From Lepidodermella squamata (Eukaryota; Animalia; Gastrotricha), in contig JBLDXI010000034.1 in assembly GCA_047495785.1 (NCBI GenBank), positions 1,054,001 to 1,118,000 on the forward strand: a DNA stretch of 64,000 bases, given 5' to 3'. Positions 61,260 through 64,000 of the stretch are shown here, piece after piece. The translations under genes were made by a program, and so were the position numbers. A model generated the notes under the pieces. It was not told where the DNA came from, ran no database searches, and saw only the letters and a list, made by a program, of their open reading frames with translations. Every line of letters begins with the position of its first letter. The stretch's first letter is position 1.

Positions 61260-62011
61260 CGAATTGATAAGCAAACCCTTCTATTTGATTTCAAGCATTC
61301 ACAATCCGGGGACAGCTGGACCTTGATCTCGAACAATACATCGACCGACAAAGTTTTCTACAAAGGATTTTACGTTTCAACATTCAAATTTACGGCGGTG
61401 CTTCGGAGAAATCCGAGGTATCACATAAAAAATTTCGCCATTCCATCATCGACCATCGCCTCCCTAAATTTATTCCTATTCATGATGCCACCAGATTCAC
61501 CAGACCGTGCTGCATTTTCTGTCACCGTTCTTCTAACAATGACCGTCATGCAGAGTGCAATTTTGAATGAAGTTCCGAAAAAGCCATATGACACTCTTCT
61601 AGGCAAGCTGGTTCAAGGTCTGACTTGGTTTTGCATCGCAGCGACTGTTTATAGCCTTCTAATTTTATGGTTTTCTGCCTCCTTCTACGATCCAAATGCC
61701 TCAACTAGGCCTCAGAAGCGGTTCCTTAATGGGAGAATTGGCTTGGTTCGAGTTATTGATTTCCACTTTTGGATATGTTGCATCATAGTATTCTTTCTGG
61801 TTCATAATGTGTCTTCTTCGTGAACAGGATTTAGACTATAATTCAGCCATCAGATCGTTCAATATTGTCGCTTGAAAGCTGCGCTAAATATGTTATTTTG
61901 TTTTAATTTTCTCATAGGTGCTTTCCAGTTGTCTTTTTTCCAGTGTGAATAATAAGTTGTGAGTTGAAGAAATACTAAACAATGTCCAAGGAGTCCTTTT
62001 GCAGACTTGAC

Positions 62012-63050
62012 AAGTTTTGAATATATCGGAAGCTTCCACTGGGTGAATCCAGATGACTCAATACCTAAGACTGGCCCACTATTTCTCAGGGTAGAAATAT
62101 CACTCGCGAGGGACTCGTTTGTTGTTGGTCACTGTTTGGTCAGTTTTTCAGCTCTATCACTCATCTTCTTCGAACTGGTGTCAATAAAAATGGAGAAGGA
62201 AACTATACGGAATAGACTGACGGAGATTATCCAAGCAGTGTCATGCGGCCTAATCGCAACTTTTCCGCTATGTTACCCAGCTCAGTTCGATAATTCATAC
62301 TTTGATTCTTACTGCCGGTTTCTATCCTTCTCAATTCCAACCAGTTTTGGACTATTGATCTCTTCTCTGGTCCTCAAAATTGCTTTGACTTTGGGTTATC
62401 GCCAATCGAAAGTTCTAGCTAGCCTAGCCGTTTGGAATTGCATTTCAGTGGGTGTTTCGTTGGCTGGGGCGCTGAACGGGTCTATTCTTAGGTCGGAGGT
62501 TAAGGAATCGCAGTTCTACAAGGAAGAGATAGACACAGTCATGAGCAATATCTTTCAATTATGCGGCATTGCATCTAATGACTCATTGTTTCTTGCCGAG
62601 ATCAGCCTTTTAGCAGCTTTAGTTTTCACTGCGTGTCTGCTTGGATTTCTAGTCCTACGCCATTCTAAAAGGCTGAAATTGTCTCAACCTAAGAATCCCA
62701 AATCGAAAGTCTTGCCATCGGAGTCTTTGTCTAGGTTGGACACAGCAAACCGCGATCCTCCAATCAGCCAAGAATTGGATCTTAGAAGTGCGCTGAATGT
62801 ACTTGTGGTCATTTCGGTAACTGCTGTAATGATGTTCGCGAGTTCACTCCTCGTTGGCAGAACTTCATCTTCGTTATACATCATACTTTCAACAAATGCT
62901 GTTGCAGTAATTTTTAGCCATATTTTTACTCAGAGGAGAGGGACGTTGAAACGGCTTTGGCTCAAAGCCATATGTTGCAGGCAAATTAGGGAAATGCGCC
63001 CGAATACCGCATCTAACCGTCCGACATCAGTCGAGCTTGGATCCTGCTAA
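62012..63050 (+). pseudogene. 5'-truncated near-identical duplicate of the GABA-B-like gene (7TM region only)
   Basis: Matches 49591-50637 almost base for base. No signal peptide or Venus-flytrap domain; the frame is still open. Confidence 0.75.
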
Positions 63051-63203
63051 ACAGCTTCATTCGATGTACTGATTCAAAATTGATAAATTTATTTATTTAC
63101 TGAAAAATAATTGTAACTTGAATTTAGCGATCCTAAAATCGTTTGTCTTCGAACAACTATCGATGTTCTGCTTGGGAGAAAAGGAAAGATATGGAGATTA
63201 TTG

Positions 63204-63335
63204 CTACAGCATTTCTTTCAAAATATCCGAAACAGTCACTGCGAAACGTGAACGTCAGTAAATGAACAGTAAAACGGCGCCATTGGCCATGTCAGGCGTC
63301 CTGATATCGCAAATCGCAGAGAACACCTCGATTTT
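63204..63335 (-). pseudogene. kynureninase 3' remnant
   Basis: Degenerate copy of 50833-50965 with indels. Confidence 0.8.
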
Positions 63336-63768
63336 CCGAAGTATCAAAGCTGTCTGAGCTCTTCTGGATTTCATAGAGAGCGGAACGATTTTTGCTTATT
63401 TGATTTTAAACGTAAAGGGAATCATTAAAATGCTGCCAAATATTTTATCTTTCACAGAGGCGAAATTCTACGGCGAAAGGGCAAGAATGCACATCTCACT
63501 ACTTGCATCTATTTGTATATGTATATGACTGAGCTTCTCTTCCTTGGCAGTTTTCAACCATCGTTTTTGTTCCAATAAAAAATCGAAGCAAAACAAAGCA
63601 AATAATTGAAATTTATGATTGCGATGAACAGCAAAATTTAAGCGAACTAGCGTGTGCCCCTGAAAACTCGCCCCAATCGCACAGGAAATTAAAGTACAAC
63701 ACATAGCTGGTGAGATATCTCTCGCCAGAGTGTTTAATTTTTCGCGAGAACGATCCTTGGTTTTTGCC

Positions 63769-64000
63769 ATGAATTGCAGCTTGATTTTTGTAGTCTTTTG
63801 TGTGGTTGCATGTACAACCTGCTTGGATGTTTCAAAGCTTCAACTGCCACGCTTGGACGAACTGATCGCATTCTGGCCTATGGACGCATACTCCGGTCTT
63901 AATGGGTACACGCGAACAAACAAAGAGCTTCAACCCCTTCGATCAAACAGCACAGCTAAATTTCGCCGGAACAAATTGGGAAATACTGGCTACTACGTGA
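63769..64000 (+). CDS. LamG/pentraxin-Cys-loop channel family copy 4, 5' end (truncated by the window)
   Basis: MNCSLIFVVFCVVACTTCLDVSKLQLPRLDELIAFWPMDAYSGL..., closest to copy 3, with the upstream region also duplicated. The channel exon is not visible. Confidence 0.78.
   Translation, partial: MNCSLIFVVFCVVACTTCLDVSKLQLPRLDELIAFWPMDAYSGLNGYTRTNKELQPLRSNSTAKFRRNKLGNTGYYV

Larger units (their letters stand above)
55361..61875 (+). pseudogene. LamG/pentraxin-like x2 + Cys-loop channel, copy 3, probably decayed (exon 1 55361-56654; intron 56655-60240; exon 2 from 60241)
   Basis: Phase-1 donor G|GTACGT and acceptor TTTACAG give ..TSQ-E-SYSYVRQHPIDGEW... Exon 2 lacks ~37 LBD residues (YVPQ^ALMV), has a ~310-bp insertion at 60948-61259 and a frameshift near 61806. 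Confidence 0.8.

Overview
Eukaryotic (invertebrate metazoan) genomic DNA with GT-AG introns that are mostly 49-56 bp, dense transposon insertion and several local segmental duplications. I cannot assign the species. Main result: the three 'secreted LamG/pentraxin-like' ORFs and the three Cys-loop channel ORFs in the ORF track are not separate genes. In all three loci a conserved phase-1 intron joins them into one gene: signal peptide + two concanavalin-A/LamG/pentraxin-like domains + Cys-loop ligand-binding domain + M1-M4 (911 aa in the complete copy). Four paralogs are present: one complete, two cut by the window edges and one decayed. The N-terminal domains diversify while the channel core is nearly invariant. 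Also present: an apparently intact 5.4-kb Sola1-type transposon carrying a second gene (PB1, Myb-like and C2H2 segments), two non-autonomous Sola1-like elements, many MITEs including 23-34 bp P-like micro-elements with 8-bp TSDs, a signal-peptide ankyrin protein, a secreted 4-Cys-repeat/C-type lectin protein, duplicated F-box/ankyrin/GPCR blocks, a GABA-B-like GPCR and a divergent kynureninase. All splice models were read by eye and need transcript confirmation.
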